From: Eledone cirrhosa
Taxonomy: Eukaryota
Direction: 5' to 3'
NCBI GenBank assembly: GCA_964016885.1
Contig: OZ024748.1
Span: 46,624,001-46,688,000, forward strand
Length of the DNA: 64,000 nucleotides
The notes under the pieces are model-generated. The model was not told the DNA's origin, did not search any database, and worked only from the letters and a program-made list of their open reading frames with translations. Shown here piece by piece: positions 11,005 through 23,192 of the stretch; within the stretch, counting starts at the first letter, position 1; each line of letters begins with the position of its first letter. Made by a program: the position numbers and the translations under genes.

Positions 11005-14000
11005 TGTTATATACAGCAGTGGTGGTGTTGGCAGTGGTATATAGACCAGTGGTGGCAGTGGTATATATACACCAGTGGTGGCAGTGGTATATACACCAGT
11101 GGTGGCAGTGGTATATACACCAGTGGTGGTGTTGGCAGTGGTGTATACACCAGTGGTGGCAGTGGTATATAGACCAGTGGTGGTTGTGGTGGTATATACA
11201 CCAGTGGTGGCTGTGGTGGTATATACACCAGCGGTGGCAGTGGTATATACACCAGTGGTGGTGGTGGTATATACGCCAGTGGTGGCTGTGGTGGTATATA
11301 CACCAGCGGTGGCAGTGGTATATACACCAGCGGTGGCAGTGGTATATACACCAGTGGTGGTGGTGGTATATACGCCAGTGGTGGCTGTGGTGGTATATAC
11401 ACCAGCGGTGGCAGTGGTATATACACCAGCGGTGGCAGTGGTGTATACACCAGTGGTGGTGGTGGTATATACGCCAGTGGTGGCTGTGGTGGTATATACA
11501 CCAGCGGTGGCAGTGGTATATACACCAGCGGTGGCAGTGGTATATACACCAGTGGTGGTGGTGGTATATACGCCAGTGGTGGCTGTGGTGGTATATACAC
11601 CAGCGGTGGCAGTGGTATATACACCAGCGGTGGCAGTGGTATATACACCAGTGGTGGTGGTGGTATATACGCCAGTGGTGGCTGTGGTGGTATATACACC
11701 AGCGGTGGCAGTGGTGTATACACCAGCGGTGGCAGTGGTGTATACACCAGTGGAGGCAGTGGCATATACACCAGTGGTGGCAGTGGTGTATACACCAGTG
11801 GTGGCAGTGGTATATACACCAGCGGTGTCAGTGGTATATACACCAGCGGTGGCAGTGGTGTATACACCAGTGGTGGCAGTGGTGTATACACCAGTGGAGG
11901 CAGTGGTATATACACCAGTGGTGGCAGTGGTATATACACCAATGGTGGCAGTGGTGTATACACCAGTGGTGGCAGTGGTATATACACCAGCGGTGGCTGT
12001 GGTGTATACACCAGTGGAGGCAGTGGTATATACACCAGCGGTGGCAGTGGTATATACACTAGCGGTGGCAGTGGTGTATACACCAGTGGAGGCAGTGGTA
12101 TATACACCAGTGGTGGCAGTGGTATATACACCAGTGGTGGCAGTGGTGTATACACCAGTGGTGGCAGTGGTGTATACACCAGTGGTGGCAGTGGTATATA
12201 CACCAGTGGAGGTAAGGTGTATACACCAGTGGAGGCAGTGGTATATACACCAGCGGTGGCAGTGGTGTATACACCAGTGGAGGCAGTGGTATATACACCA
12301 GTCGTAGCAGTGGTATATACACCAGTGGTGGCAGTGGTGTATACACCAGTGGAGGTAAGGTGTATACACCAGTGGAGGCAGTGGTATATACACCAGCGGT
12401 GGCAGTGGGTTATACACCAGTGGTGGCAGTGGTATATACACCAGTGGAGGTAAGGTGTATACACCAGTGGAGGCAGTGGTATATACACCAGCGGTGGCAG
12501 TGGTATATACACCAGTGGTGGCAGTGGTATATACACCAGCGGTGGCAGTGGTATATACACCAGTGGAGGTAAGGTGTATACACTAGTGGTGGCAGTGGTA
12601 TATACACCAGCGGTGGCAGTGGTATATACACCAGTGGTGGCAGTGGTATATACACCAGCGGTGGCAGTGGTGTATACACCAGTGGTGGCAGTGGTATATA
12701 CACCAGTGGAGGTAAGGTGTATACACCAGTGGAGGCAGTGGTATATACACCAGCGGTGGCAGTGGTATATACACCAGTGGTGGCAGTGGTGTATACACCA
12801 GTGGTGGCAGTGGTGTATACACCAGTGGAGGCAGTGGTGTATACACCAGTGGTGGCAGTGGTGTATACACCAGTGGAGGTAAGGTGTATACACCAGTGGA
12901 GGCAGTGGTATATACACCAGTGGTGGCAGTGGTATATACACCAGTGGTGGCAGTGGTATATACACCAGTGGAGGTAAGGTGTATACACCAGTGGAGGCAG
13001 TGGTATATACACCAGTGGTGGCAGTGGTATATACACCAGTGGTGGCAGTGGTATATACACCAGTGGTGGCAGTGGTATATACACCAGTGGTGGCAGTGGT
13101 GTATACACCAGTGGTGGCAGTGGTGTATACACCAGTGGAGGCAGTGGTGTATACACCAGTGGTGGCAGTGGTATATACACCAGTGGTGGCAGTGGTGTAT
13201 ACACCAGTGGTGGCAGTGGTGTATACACCAGTGGAGGCAGTGGTGTATACACCAGTGGTGGCAGTGGTGTATACACCAGTGGTGGCAGTGGTGTATACAC
13301 CAGTGGTGGCAGTGGTATATACACCAGTGGTGGCAGTGGTGTATACACTAGTGGAGGCAGTGGTATATACACCAGTGGTGGCAGTGGTGTATACACCAGC
13401 GGTGGCAGTGGTGTATACACCAGTGGTGGCAGTGGTGTATACACCATCGGTGGCAGTGGTGTATACACCAGTGGTGGCAGTGGTGTATACACCAGCGGTG
13501 GCAGTGGTGTATACACCAGTGCTGGCAGTGGTGTATACACCAGTGGAGGCAGTGGTGTATACACCAGTGGAGGCAGTGGTGTATACACCAGTGGAGGCAG
13601 TGGTGTATACACCAGTGGTGGCAGTGGTGTATACACCAGTGGAGGCAGTGGTATATACACCAGTGGTGGCAGTGGTGTATACACCAGTGGTGGCAGTGGT
13701 GTATACACCAGTGGAGGCAGTGGTGTATACACCAGTGGAGGCAGTGGTATATACACCAGTGGTGGCAGTGGTGTATACACCAGTGGTGGCAGTGGTGTAT
13801 ACACCAGTGGAGGCAGTGGTGTATACACCAGTGGAGGCAGTGGTGTATACACCAGTGGTGGCAGTGGTGTATACACCAGTGGAGGCAGTGGTATATACAC
13901 CAGTGGTGGCAGTGGTGTATACACCAGTGGTGGCAGTGGTGTATACACCAGTGGAGGCAGTGGTGTATACACCAGTGGTGGCAGTGGTGTATACACCAGT

Positions 14001-17000
14001 GGAGGCAGTGGTATATACACCAGTGGAGGCAGTGGTGTATACACCAGTGGAGGCAGTGGTGTATACACCAGTGGTGGCAGTGGTGTATACACCAGTGCCA
14101 GTGGAGGCAGTGGTATATACACCAGTGGTGGCAGTGGTGTATACACTAGTGGAGGCAGTGGTATATACACTAGTGGAGGTAAGGTGTATACACCAGTGGT
14201 GGCAGTGGTGTATACACCAGCGGTGGCAGTGGTGTATACACCAGTGGAGGCAGTGGTATATACACCAGCGGTGACAGTGGTGTATACACCAGTGGTGGCA
14301 GTAGTGTATACACCAGCGGTGGCAGTGGTGTATACACCAGTGGAGGCAGTGGTATATACACCAGCGGTGGCAGTGGTGTATACACCAGTGGTGGCAGTGG
14401 TGTATACACCAGCGGTGGCAGTGGTGTATACACCAGTGGTGGCAGTGGTATATACACCAGTGGAGGCAGTGGTGTATACACCAGTGGTGGCAGTGGTATA
14501 TACAACAGTGGTGGCAGTGGTATATACACCAGCGGTGGCAGTGGTATATACACCAGCGGTGGCAGTGGTGTATACACCAGTGGTGGCAGTGGTATATACA
14601 CCAGCGGTGGCAGTGGTGTATACACCAGTGGTGGCAGTGGTATATACACCAGTGGTGGCAGTGGTGTATACACCAGCGGTGGCAGTGGTATATACACCAG
14701 TGGTGGCAGTGGTATATACACCAGTGGTGGCAGTGGTATATACACCAGTGGTGGCAGTGGTATATACACCAGTGGTGGCAGTGGTATATACACCAGCGGT
14801 GGCAGTGGTGTATACACCAGCGGTGGCAGTGGTGTATACACCAGCTGTGGCAGTGGTGTATACACCAGTGGTGGCAGTGGTGTATACACCAGTGGTGGCA
14901 GTGGTGTATACACCAGTGGTGGCAGTGGTGTATACACCAGCGGTGGCAGTGGTGTATACACCAGTGGTGGCAGTGGTATATACACCAGCGGTGGCAGTGG
15001 TGTATACACCAGCGGTGGCAGTGGTGTATACACCAGCGGTGGCAGTGGTGTATACACCAGCGGTGGCAGTGGTGTATACACCAGCGGTGTCAGTGGTGTA
15101 TACACCAGTGGAGGCAGTGGTATATACACCAGTGGAGGTAAGGTGTATACACCAGTGGAGGCAGTGGTGTATACACCAGCGGTGGCAGTGTTGTATACAC
15201 CAGTGGTGGCAGTGGTATATACACCAGCGGTGTCAGTGGTATATACACCAGCGGTGGCAGTGGTATATACACTAGTGGAGGCAGTGGTATATACACCAGT
15301 CGTAGCAGTGGTATATACACCAGTGGTGGAAGTGGTATATACACCAGCGGTGGCAGTGGTGTATACACCAGTGGTGGCAGTGGTGTATACACTAGCGGAG
15401 GCAGTGGTGTATACACCAGTGGTGGCAGTGGTGTATACACCAGCGGTGGCAGTGGTGTATACACCAGCGGTGTCAGTGGTATATACACTAGCGGTGGCAG
15501 TGGTATATACACCAGTGGTGGCAGTGGTATATACACCAGTGGTGGCAGTGGTATATACACCAGTGGTGGCAGTGGTATATACACCAGCGGTGGCAGTGGT
15601 ATATACACCAGTGGTGGCAGTGGTATATACACCAGTGGTGGCAGTGGTATATACACCAGTGGTGGCAGTGGTATATACACTAGCGGTGGCAGTGGTGTAT
15701 ACACCAGCGGTGGCAGTGGTATATACACTAGCGGTGGCAGTGGTGTATACACCAGCGGTGGCAGTGGTGTATACACCAGTGGAGGCAGTGGTATATACAC
15801 CAGCGGTGGCAGTGGTATATACACCAGCGGTGGCAGTGGTATATACACCAGTGGTGGGAGTGGTGTATACACCAGTGGTGGCAGTGGTGTATACACTAGT
15901 GGTGGCAGTGGTGTATACACCAGCGGTGGCAGTGGTATATACACCAGCGGTGGCAGTGGTATATACACCAGTGGTGGGAGTGGTGTATACACCAGTGGTG
16001 GCAGTGGTGTATACACTAGTGGTGGCAGTGGTGTATACACCAGCGGTGGCAGTGGTATATACACCAGCGGTGGCAGTGGTGTATACACTAGTGGTGGCAG
16101 TGGTATATACACCAGCGGTGGCAGTTGTATATACACCAGTGGTGGCAGTGGTGTATACACCAGCGGTGGCAGTGGTATATACACCAGTGGTGGCAGTGGT
16201 ATATACACCAGCGGTGGCAGTGGTGTATACACCAGTGGTGGCAGTGGTGTATACACCAGCGGTGGCAGTGGTATATACACCAGTGGAGGCAGTGGTATAT
16301 ACACCAGTGGAGGTAAGGTGTATACACCAGTGGAGGCAGTGGTATATACACCAGCGGTGGCAGTGGTATATACACCAGTGGTGGCAGTGGTGTATACACC
16401 AGTGGTGGCAGTGGTGTATACACCAGTGGAGGCAGTGGTGTATACACCAGTGGTGGCAGTGGTATATACATCAGTGGAGGTAAGGTGTATACACCAGTGG
16501 AGGCAGTGGTATATACACCAGTGGTGGCAGTGGTATATACACCAGTGGTGGCAGTGGTATATACACCAGTGGAGGTAAGGTGTATACACCAGTGGAGGCA
16601 GTGGTATATACACCAGTGGTGGCAGTGGTATATACACCAGTGGTGGCAGTGGTATATACACCAGTGGTGGCAGTGGTATATACACCAGTGGTGGCAGTGG
16701 TGTATACACCAGTGGTGGCAGTGGTGTATACACCAGTGGAGGCAGTGGTGTATACACCAGTGGTGGCAGTGGTATATACACCAGTGGTGGCAGTGGTGTA
16801 TACACCAGTGGTGGCAGTGGTGTATACACCAGTGGAGGCAGTGGTGTATACACCAGTGGTGGCAGTGGTGTATACACCAGTGGTGGCAGTGGTGTATACA
16901 CCAGTGGTGGCAGTGGTATATACACCAGTGGTGGCAGTGGTGTATACACTAGTGGAGGCAGTGGTATATACACCAGTGGTGGCAGTGGTGTATACACCAG

Positions 17001-20000
17001 CGGTGGCAGTGGTGTATACACCAGTGGTGGCAGTGGTGTATACACCAGCGGTGGCAGTGGTGTATACACCAGTGGTGGCAGTGGTGTATACACCAGCGGT
17101 GGCAGTGGTGTATACACCAGTGGTGGCAGTGGTGTATACACCAGTGGAGGCAGTGGTGTATACACCAGTGGAGGCAGTGGTGTATACACCAGTGGAGGCA
17201 GTGGTGTATACACCAGTGGTGGCAGTGGTGTATACACCAGTGGTGGCAGTGGTGTATACACTAGCGGAGGCAGTGGTGTATACACCAGTGGTGGCAGTGG
17301 TGTATACACCAGCGGTGGCAGTGGTGTATACACCAGCGGTGTCAGTGGTATATACACTAGCGGTGGCAGTGGTATATACACCAGTGGTGGCAGTGGTATA
17401 TACACTAGCGGTGGCAGTGGTGTATACACCAGCGGTGGCAGTGGTATATACACTAGCGGTGGCAGTGGTGTATACACCAGCGGTGGCAGTGGTGTATACA
17501 CCAGTGGAGGCAGTGGTATATACACCAGCGGTGGCAGTGGTATATACACCAGCGGTGGCAGTGGTATATACACCAGTGGTGGGAGTGGTGTATACACCAG
17601 TGGTGGCAGTGGTGTATACACTAGTGGTGGCAGTGGTGTATACACCAGCGGTGGCAGTGGTATATACACCAGCGGTGGCAGTGGTATATACACCAGTGGT
17701 GGGAGTGGTGTATACACCAGTGGTGGCAGTGGTGTATACACTAGTGGTGGCAGTGGTGTATACACCAGCGGTGGCAGTGGTATATACACCAGCGGTGGCA
17801 GTGGTGTATACACTAGTGGTGGCAGTGGTATATACACCAGCGGTGGCAGTTGTATATACACCAGTTGTGGCAGTGGTGCATACACCAGCGGTGGCAGTGG
17901 TATATACACCAGTGGTGGCAGTGGTATATACACCAGCGGTGGCAGTGGTGTATACACTAGTGGTGGCAGTGGTGTATACACCAGCGGTGGCAGTGGTATA
18001 TACACCAGTGGAGGCAGTGGTATATACACCAGTGGTGGCAGTGGTATATACACCAGCGGTAGCAGTGGTATATACACCAGCGGTGGCAGTGGTATATACA
18101 CTAGTGGTGGCAGTGGTGTATACACTAGCGGTGGCAGTGGTATATACACCAGCGGTGGCAGTGGTATATACACTAGCGGTGGCAGTGGTGTATACACCAG
18201 CGGTGGCAGTGGTGTATACACCAGTGGTGGCAGTGGTGTATACACTAGCGGTGGCAGTGGTGTATACACCAGCGGTGGCAGTGGTATATACACCAGCGGT
18301 GGCAGTGGTGTATACACCAGTGGTGGCAGTGGTGTATACACCAGCGGTGGTTGTGGTATATACACCAGCGGTGGCAGTGGTATATACACCAGTGGAGGCA
18401 GTGGTGTATACACCAGCGGTGGCAGTGGTGTATACACCAGTGGAGGCAGTGGTGTATACACTAGTGGTGGCAGTGGTATATACACCAGTGGTGGCAGTGG
18501 TATATACACCAGTGGTGGCAGTGGTATATACACCATGGTGGCAGTGGTATATACACCAGTGGAGGTAAGGTGTATACACCAGCGGTGGTTGTGGTGGTAT
18601 ATACACCAGTGGAGGTAAGGTGTATACACCAGCGGTGGTTGTGGTGGTATATACACCAGTGGAGGTAAGGTGTATACACTAGTGGAGGCAGTGGTGTATA
18701 CACCAGTGGAGGTAAGGTGTATACACCAGTGGAGGCAGTGGTATATACACTAGTGGTGGCAGTGGTATATACACCAGTGGTGGCAGTGGTATATACACCA
18801 GTGGAGGCAGTGGTATATACACTAGTGGTGGCAGTGGTATATACACCAGTGGTGGCAGTGGTATATACACCAGTGGAGGCAGTGGTATATACACTAGTGG
18901 TGGCAGTGGTATATACACCAGTGGTGGCAGTGGTATATACACCAGCGGTGGCAGTGGTATATACACTAGTGGAGGCAGTGGTATATACACCAGCGGTGGC
19001 AGTGGTATATACACCAGTGGAGGGAGTGGTATATACACCAGCGGTGGCAGTGGTATATACACCAGTGGTGGCAGTGGTATATACACCAGTGGAGGCAGTG
19101 GTGTATACACCAGCGGTGGCAGTGGTGTATACGCCAGTGGTGGCAGTGGTATATACACCAGCAGTGGCAGTGGTATATACACCAGCGGTGGCAGTGGTGT
19201 ATACACCAGTGGAGGCAGTGGTGTATACACCAGTGGTGGCAGTGGTGTATACACTAGTGGAGGCAGTGGTATATACACCAGTGGAGGTAAGGTGTATACA
19301 CCAGCGGTGGTTGTGGTGGTATATACACCAGTGGAGGTAAGGTGTATACACCAGCGGTGGCAGTGGTATATACACCAGCGATGGCAGTGGTATATACACC
19401 AGTGGAGGCAGTGGTATATACACCAGCGATGGCAGTGGTATATACACCAGTGGAGGCAGTGGTATATACACCAGTGGTGGCAGTGGTATATACACCAGTG
19501 GTGGCAGTGGTATATACACCAGTAGAGGTAAGGTGTATACACCAGTGGTGGCAGTGGTGTATACACCAGTGGAGGCAGTGGTATATACACCAGCGGTGGC
19601 AGTGGTATATACACCAGTGGAGGCAGTGGTATATACACCAGTGGTGGCAGTGGTATATACACCAGTGGTGGCAGTGGTATATACACCAGTGGAGGCAGTG
19701 GTATATACACCAGTGGTGGCAGTGGTATATACACCAGTGGAGGCAGTGGTATATACACCAGTGGTGGCAGTGGTATATACACCAGCGGTGGCAGTGGTAT
19801 ATACACCAGTGGTGGCAGTGGTGTATACACCAGCGGTGGCAGTGGTATATACACCAGTGGTGGCAGTGGTATATACACCAGCGGTGGCAGTGGTATATAC
19901 ACCAGTGGTGGCAGTGGTGTATACACCAGTGGTGGCAGTGGTGTATACACCAGTGGAGGCAGTGGTATATACACCAGCGGTGGCAGTGGTGTATACACCA

Positions 20001-20150
20001 GTGGTATATACACCAGCGGTGGCAGTGGTGTATACACCAGCGGTGGCAGTGGTGTATACACTAGTGGAGGCAGTGGTATATACACCAGCGGTGGCAGTGG
20101 TGTATACACTAGTGGAAGCAGTGGTATATACACCAGTGGTGTATACGCCA
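11005..20150. repeat. 24-bp tandem array, consensus TATACACCAGTGGTGGCAGTGGT(A/G), ~380 units
   Basis: Continuous 24-bp period over ~9.1 kb with recurring substitution variants, 23-bp (GGAGGTAAGG) and 27-bp length variants. Confidence 0.97.
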
Positions 20151-20419
20151 ATGCATCAATCGATGTGTCATGGCATGTGTAATTAACATGACATCATGGA
20201 ACTGGTGTGATACTGAGAACATTGGCAAGGAGTCATCTAGTGGTGGGAGGGGTGTGAGGAGAGGATAGAGGGAAGAGTAGAGGGAAGGGGTTGGAGGATG
20301 GGGAGAGATGGTGACTGTCGTGATAGTTATGATGATGCTTCTGGAGGTAGTAGTAGTAGTAGTAGTAGTATGAGGGTTGTGACGTTGCAAATTTTTGTCG
20401 AAAGAAGTGGTTATATAGG

Positions 20420-21130
20420 AGGTGGTGGTGGTTAAGGTTTTGGTGGAGGCGGTGCTGGTTTAGGTTGTGGTGGAGGTGGTGCTGGTTTAGGTTGTGGTGG
20501 AGGTGGTGCTGGTTTAGGTTGTGGTGGAGGTCGTGCTGGTTTAGGTTGTGGTGGAGGTGGTGGTTTAGGTTGTGGTGGAGGTGGTGGCGGAGGTGGTGCT
20601 GGTTTAGGTTGTGGTGGAGGTGCTGGTTTAGGTTGTGGTGGAGGTGGTGGCGGAGGTGGTGCTGGTTTAGGTTGTGGTGGAGGTGGTGCTGGTTTAGGTT
20701 GTGGTGGAGGTGGTGCTGGTTTAGGTTGTGGTGGAGGCGGTGCTGGTTTAGGTTGTGGTGGAGGTCGTGCTGGTTTAGGTTGTGGTTTAGTTTGTGGCGG
20801 AGGTGGTGCTGGTTTAGGTTGTGGTGGAGGTGCTGGTTTAGGTTGTGGTTGAGGTTGTGGTTTTGGTGGAGGTGGTGGTTTAGGTTGTGGTGGAGGTGGT
20901 GGTGGTGGTGGTTTTGATTGTGGTGGAGGTTGTGGTTTTGGTGGAGGTGGTGGTTTAGGTTGTGGTGGAGGTGGTGGTTTTGGTTGTGGTGGAGGTGGTG
21001 GTTTAGTTTGTGGCGGAGGTGGTGCTGGTTTAGGTTGTGGTGGAGGTGCTGGTTTAGGTTGTGGTTTAGTTTGTGGCGGAGGTGGTGCTGGTTTAGGTTG
21101 TGGTGGAGGTGTTGGTTTTGTTCGTGGCGG
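20420..21130. repeat. 24/27-bp minisatellite GGTTTAGGTTGTGGTGGAGG(TGG)TGCT (reads PPPQPKPA on the minus strand)
   Basis: Direct tandem repetition; lies within minus-strand ORF 20432..21484, coding status unsupported. Confidence 0.88.
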
Positions 21131-21134
21131 CGGT

Positions 21135-21560
21135 GATAGTAGTAGTGGTGGGATTAGTGGTAGCAGTAGTAGTGTTGGTAGTGGTTGTGGTAGCAGTAGT
21201 AGTAGTGGTGGCAAAGTGTTAGAGGATGTAGTAGTGATGGTGGAGATTGTAGTAGCAGTGGTAGCAGTGATGGTACCAGTGGTAGTGGTGATGGTGCCAG
21301 TGGTAGTGGTGTTGGCGCCAGTGGTAGTGGTCATGGTGCCAATGGTAGTGGTGATGGTACCAGTGGTTGTGCTAGTGGTAGTGGTGGTGGTAGTGCCAGT
21401 GGTAGTGGTGATGGTTCCAGTGGTGGTGATAATGGTAGTGGTGATGGCGCCAGTGGTGTTGGTAGTGCCTGTGGTAGTGGTCATGGTGCCATTGGTGGTG
21501 GTAGTGGTGATGGTGCCAGTGGTAGTGGTAGTGGTGATGGCGATAGTGGTAGGGGGGATA
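21135..21560. repeat. Degenerate 21-bp minisatellite GTGGTAGTGGTGATGGTGCCA
   Basis: Recurrent GG(T/C)(A/G)CCAGTGGTAGTGGT at ~21-bp spacing. Confidence 0.8.
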
Positions 21561-21652
21561 ATGTTAGTGTTACATCGATGGTGGCGGTCATGTAGAGGTT
21601 AGTTCAACTATACTGGTGCTCTTGTTAGATACGGTATTTGTAGTACTACATG

Positions 21653-21921
21653 TAGGGGTCTCGTTTGCCTGAAAAATGTGAGGGGGACAAACCAACATTT
21701 GTTGATTCTTAAAGGGGCATAAATTACTTATGGTGCCTCTCCCGGACCCTATCACATAAGTAAAATTTTACGCTAATTAAATTTTATATATTCAAATGAA
21801 GTTCAGATATAGAAAAAAAAAGAATTTATTATATCAAATAAACCAAAAAATAAAATATAGACGTTTTTTTTTTTTGGGGGGGGGGCTTGTCCCCTGGTAC
21901 CCCCCTGAAACAATGCCCTTG
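21653..21921. mobile_element. Putative hAT-type MITE
   Basis: 8-bp flanking near-duplication ACTACATG (21645-52) / ACTACAGG (21922-29); degenerate termini TAGGGGTCTCGTTT ... AAACAATGCCCTTG. Confidence 0.45.
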
Positions 21922-21939
21922 ACTACAGGTATCCTAAAT

Positions 21940-22165
21940 GTTGCTGTTGTTGCTGCTGTTGTTGCTACTGTTGTTTGAGTTGTTCCGCCTCAAATCACAT
22001 TTTATCCAGCAGATCTGAGATCAAAGGCAATCCAGTCCATGATGTGACCAACCTATACACAGTTAACCTAGGACAATATTATCCAGGATGCTATTTGCTA
22101 AGAGATTGTGGTGAGATTTGAAGGTTATTAAGCTACACTTTAGCAGATCGAGCAGCTACGTAGAG
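21940..22165. repeat. Old interspersed repeat starting with (GTT)n, split by the MITE at 22166
   Basis: GCAGATCTGAGATCAAAGGCAATCCAGTCCATG resembles 23196-23255 (GCAGACATATGATCATAGTCATCAAAACCATG), which in turn matches 5117-5158. Confidence 0.4.
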
Positions 22166-22545
22166 CAGGGTTTCCCTAACATTTTAAACCATGGAACCCT
22201 TTTTTGGTTCAGAATCTTTAAGGGGAACCGCAAAATCTAATACTGTTATATGGTCGTAATGGTGGATTGGCATGTATCGGTAGAGGGTCGGACGTCATGC
22301 TTTGCAGCACAGTATTACGGCCCGTTATTATTTGAGTTCAAATCCCGCCGAGGTTAACTTTGCCTTTCATCCTTACCGGGTCGATAAAATAAAGTACCAG
22401 TCACGCACTGGGGTCGATTTTATCGACTTTCCCCTCTCCCCCAAAATTGCTGGCCTTGTGCCTATATAAGAAACCAATATAAATATACTCCTCTACATTT
22501 CTTCACGCGACCCCAGACACTCCTTTGCAGAACCCACGGGAAACG
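22166..22545. mobile_element. Putative hAT (Charlie-like) MITE containing a SINE
   Basis: Begins CAGGGTTTCCC, ends GGGAAACG; flanked by ACGTAGAG (22158-65) / ATGTAGAG (22546-53), an 8-bp TSD with central TAGA. Confidence 0.6.
22260..22478 (+). mobile_element. tRNA-derived SINE (long subfamily)
   Basis: Same head and body plus extra GGTCGATTTTATCGACTTTCCCCTCTCCCCCAAA segment and CCTATATAAGAAACCAAT end. Confidence 0.92.
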
Positions 22546-22652
22546 ATGTAGAGGCACATTCGATCGCTTGTGGTAATGCTGATTGCTATTGGTGTTGCTA
22601 GTGATGATGATGATGATGTGGCTGTTGATGACAAATTCCTGTTATTTTCGTT

Positions 22653-22760
22653 ATCCCGCCGAGGTTAACTTTGCCTTTCATCCTTACGGGGTCGATAAAA
22701 TAAAGTACCAGTAATACACTGGAGTAATTGCTGGCCTTGTGCCAAATGTACAAACAATTA
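22653..22760 (+). mobile_element. 5'-truncated SINE (short subfamily)
   Basis: Starts at ATCCCGCCGAGG, within the B box; intact 3' end. Confidence 0.9.
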
Positions 22761-22770
22761 TCGTTGCTTA

Positions 22771-22990
22771 GGCTGGCGGATTGGCAATATCGGTAGAGCG
22801 TCAGACACCATATTTTGCAGCATGGAGTTACGGCCCTTTATTATCTGAGTTCAAATCCCGCCGAGGTTAACTTTGCCTTTCATCCTTACGGGGTCGATAA
22901 AAAAAGGTACCAGTCACGCACTGGGGTCGATTTAATCGACTTTCCCCTCTTCCAAAATTGCTGGCCTTGTGCGTATATAAGAAACCATTA
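22771..22990 (+). mobile_element. tRNA-derived SINE (long subfamily)
   Basis: Full length; flanked by ATTATCGTTGCTTA / ATTATCGTTGTTTA. Confidence 0.92.
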
Positions 22991-23000
22991 TCGTTGTTTA

Positions 23001-23192
23001 GGGTGGTGGATTGGCAGTATCGGTAGAGGGTCGGACACCATGCTTTGCAGCTTAGAGTTACGGCCCTTTATTATCTGAGTTCAAATCCCGCCGAGGTTAA
23101 CTTTGCCTTTCATCCTTACGGGGTCGATAAAATAAAGTACCAGTAATGCACTGGGTAATTGCTGGCCTTGTGCCAAAAGTAGAAACAATTAT
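23001..23192 (+). mobile_element. tRNA-derived SINE (short subfamily)
   Basis: Full length, intact A-like and B boxes, (ATT)n tail. Confidence 0.92.

Noticed and set aside
11005-20150. CRISPR-like array (short palindromic repeats)
   Set aside because: Sequence between palindromes is a near-constant 10 bp, not unique spacers; no cas genes; eukaryotic context.
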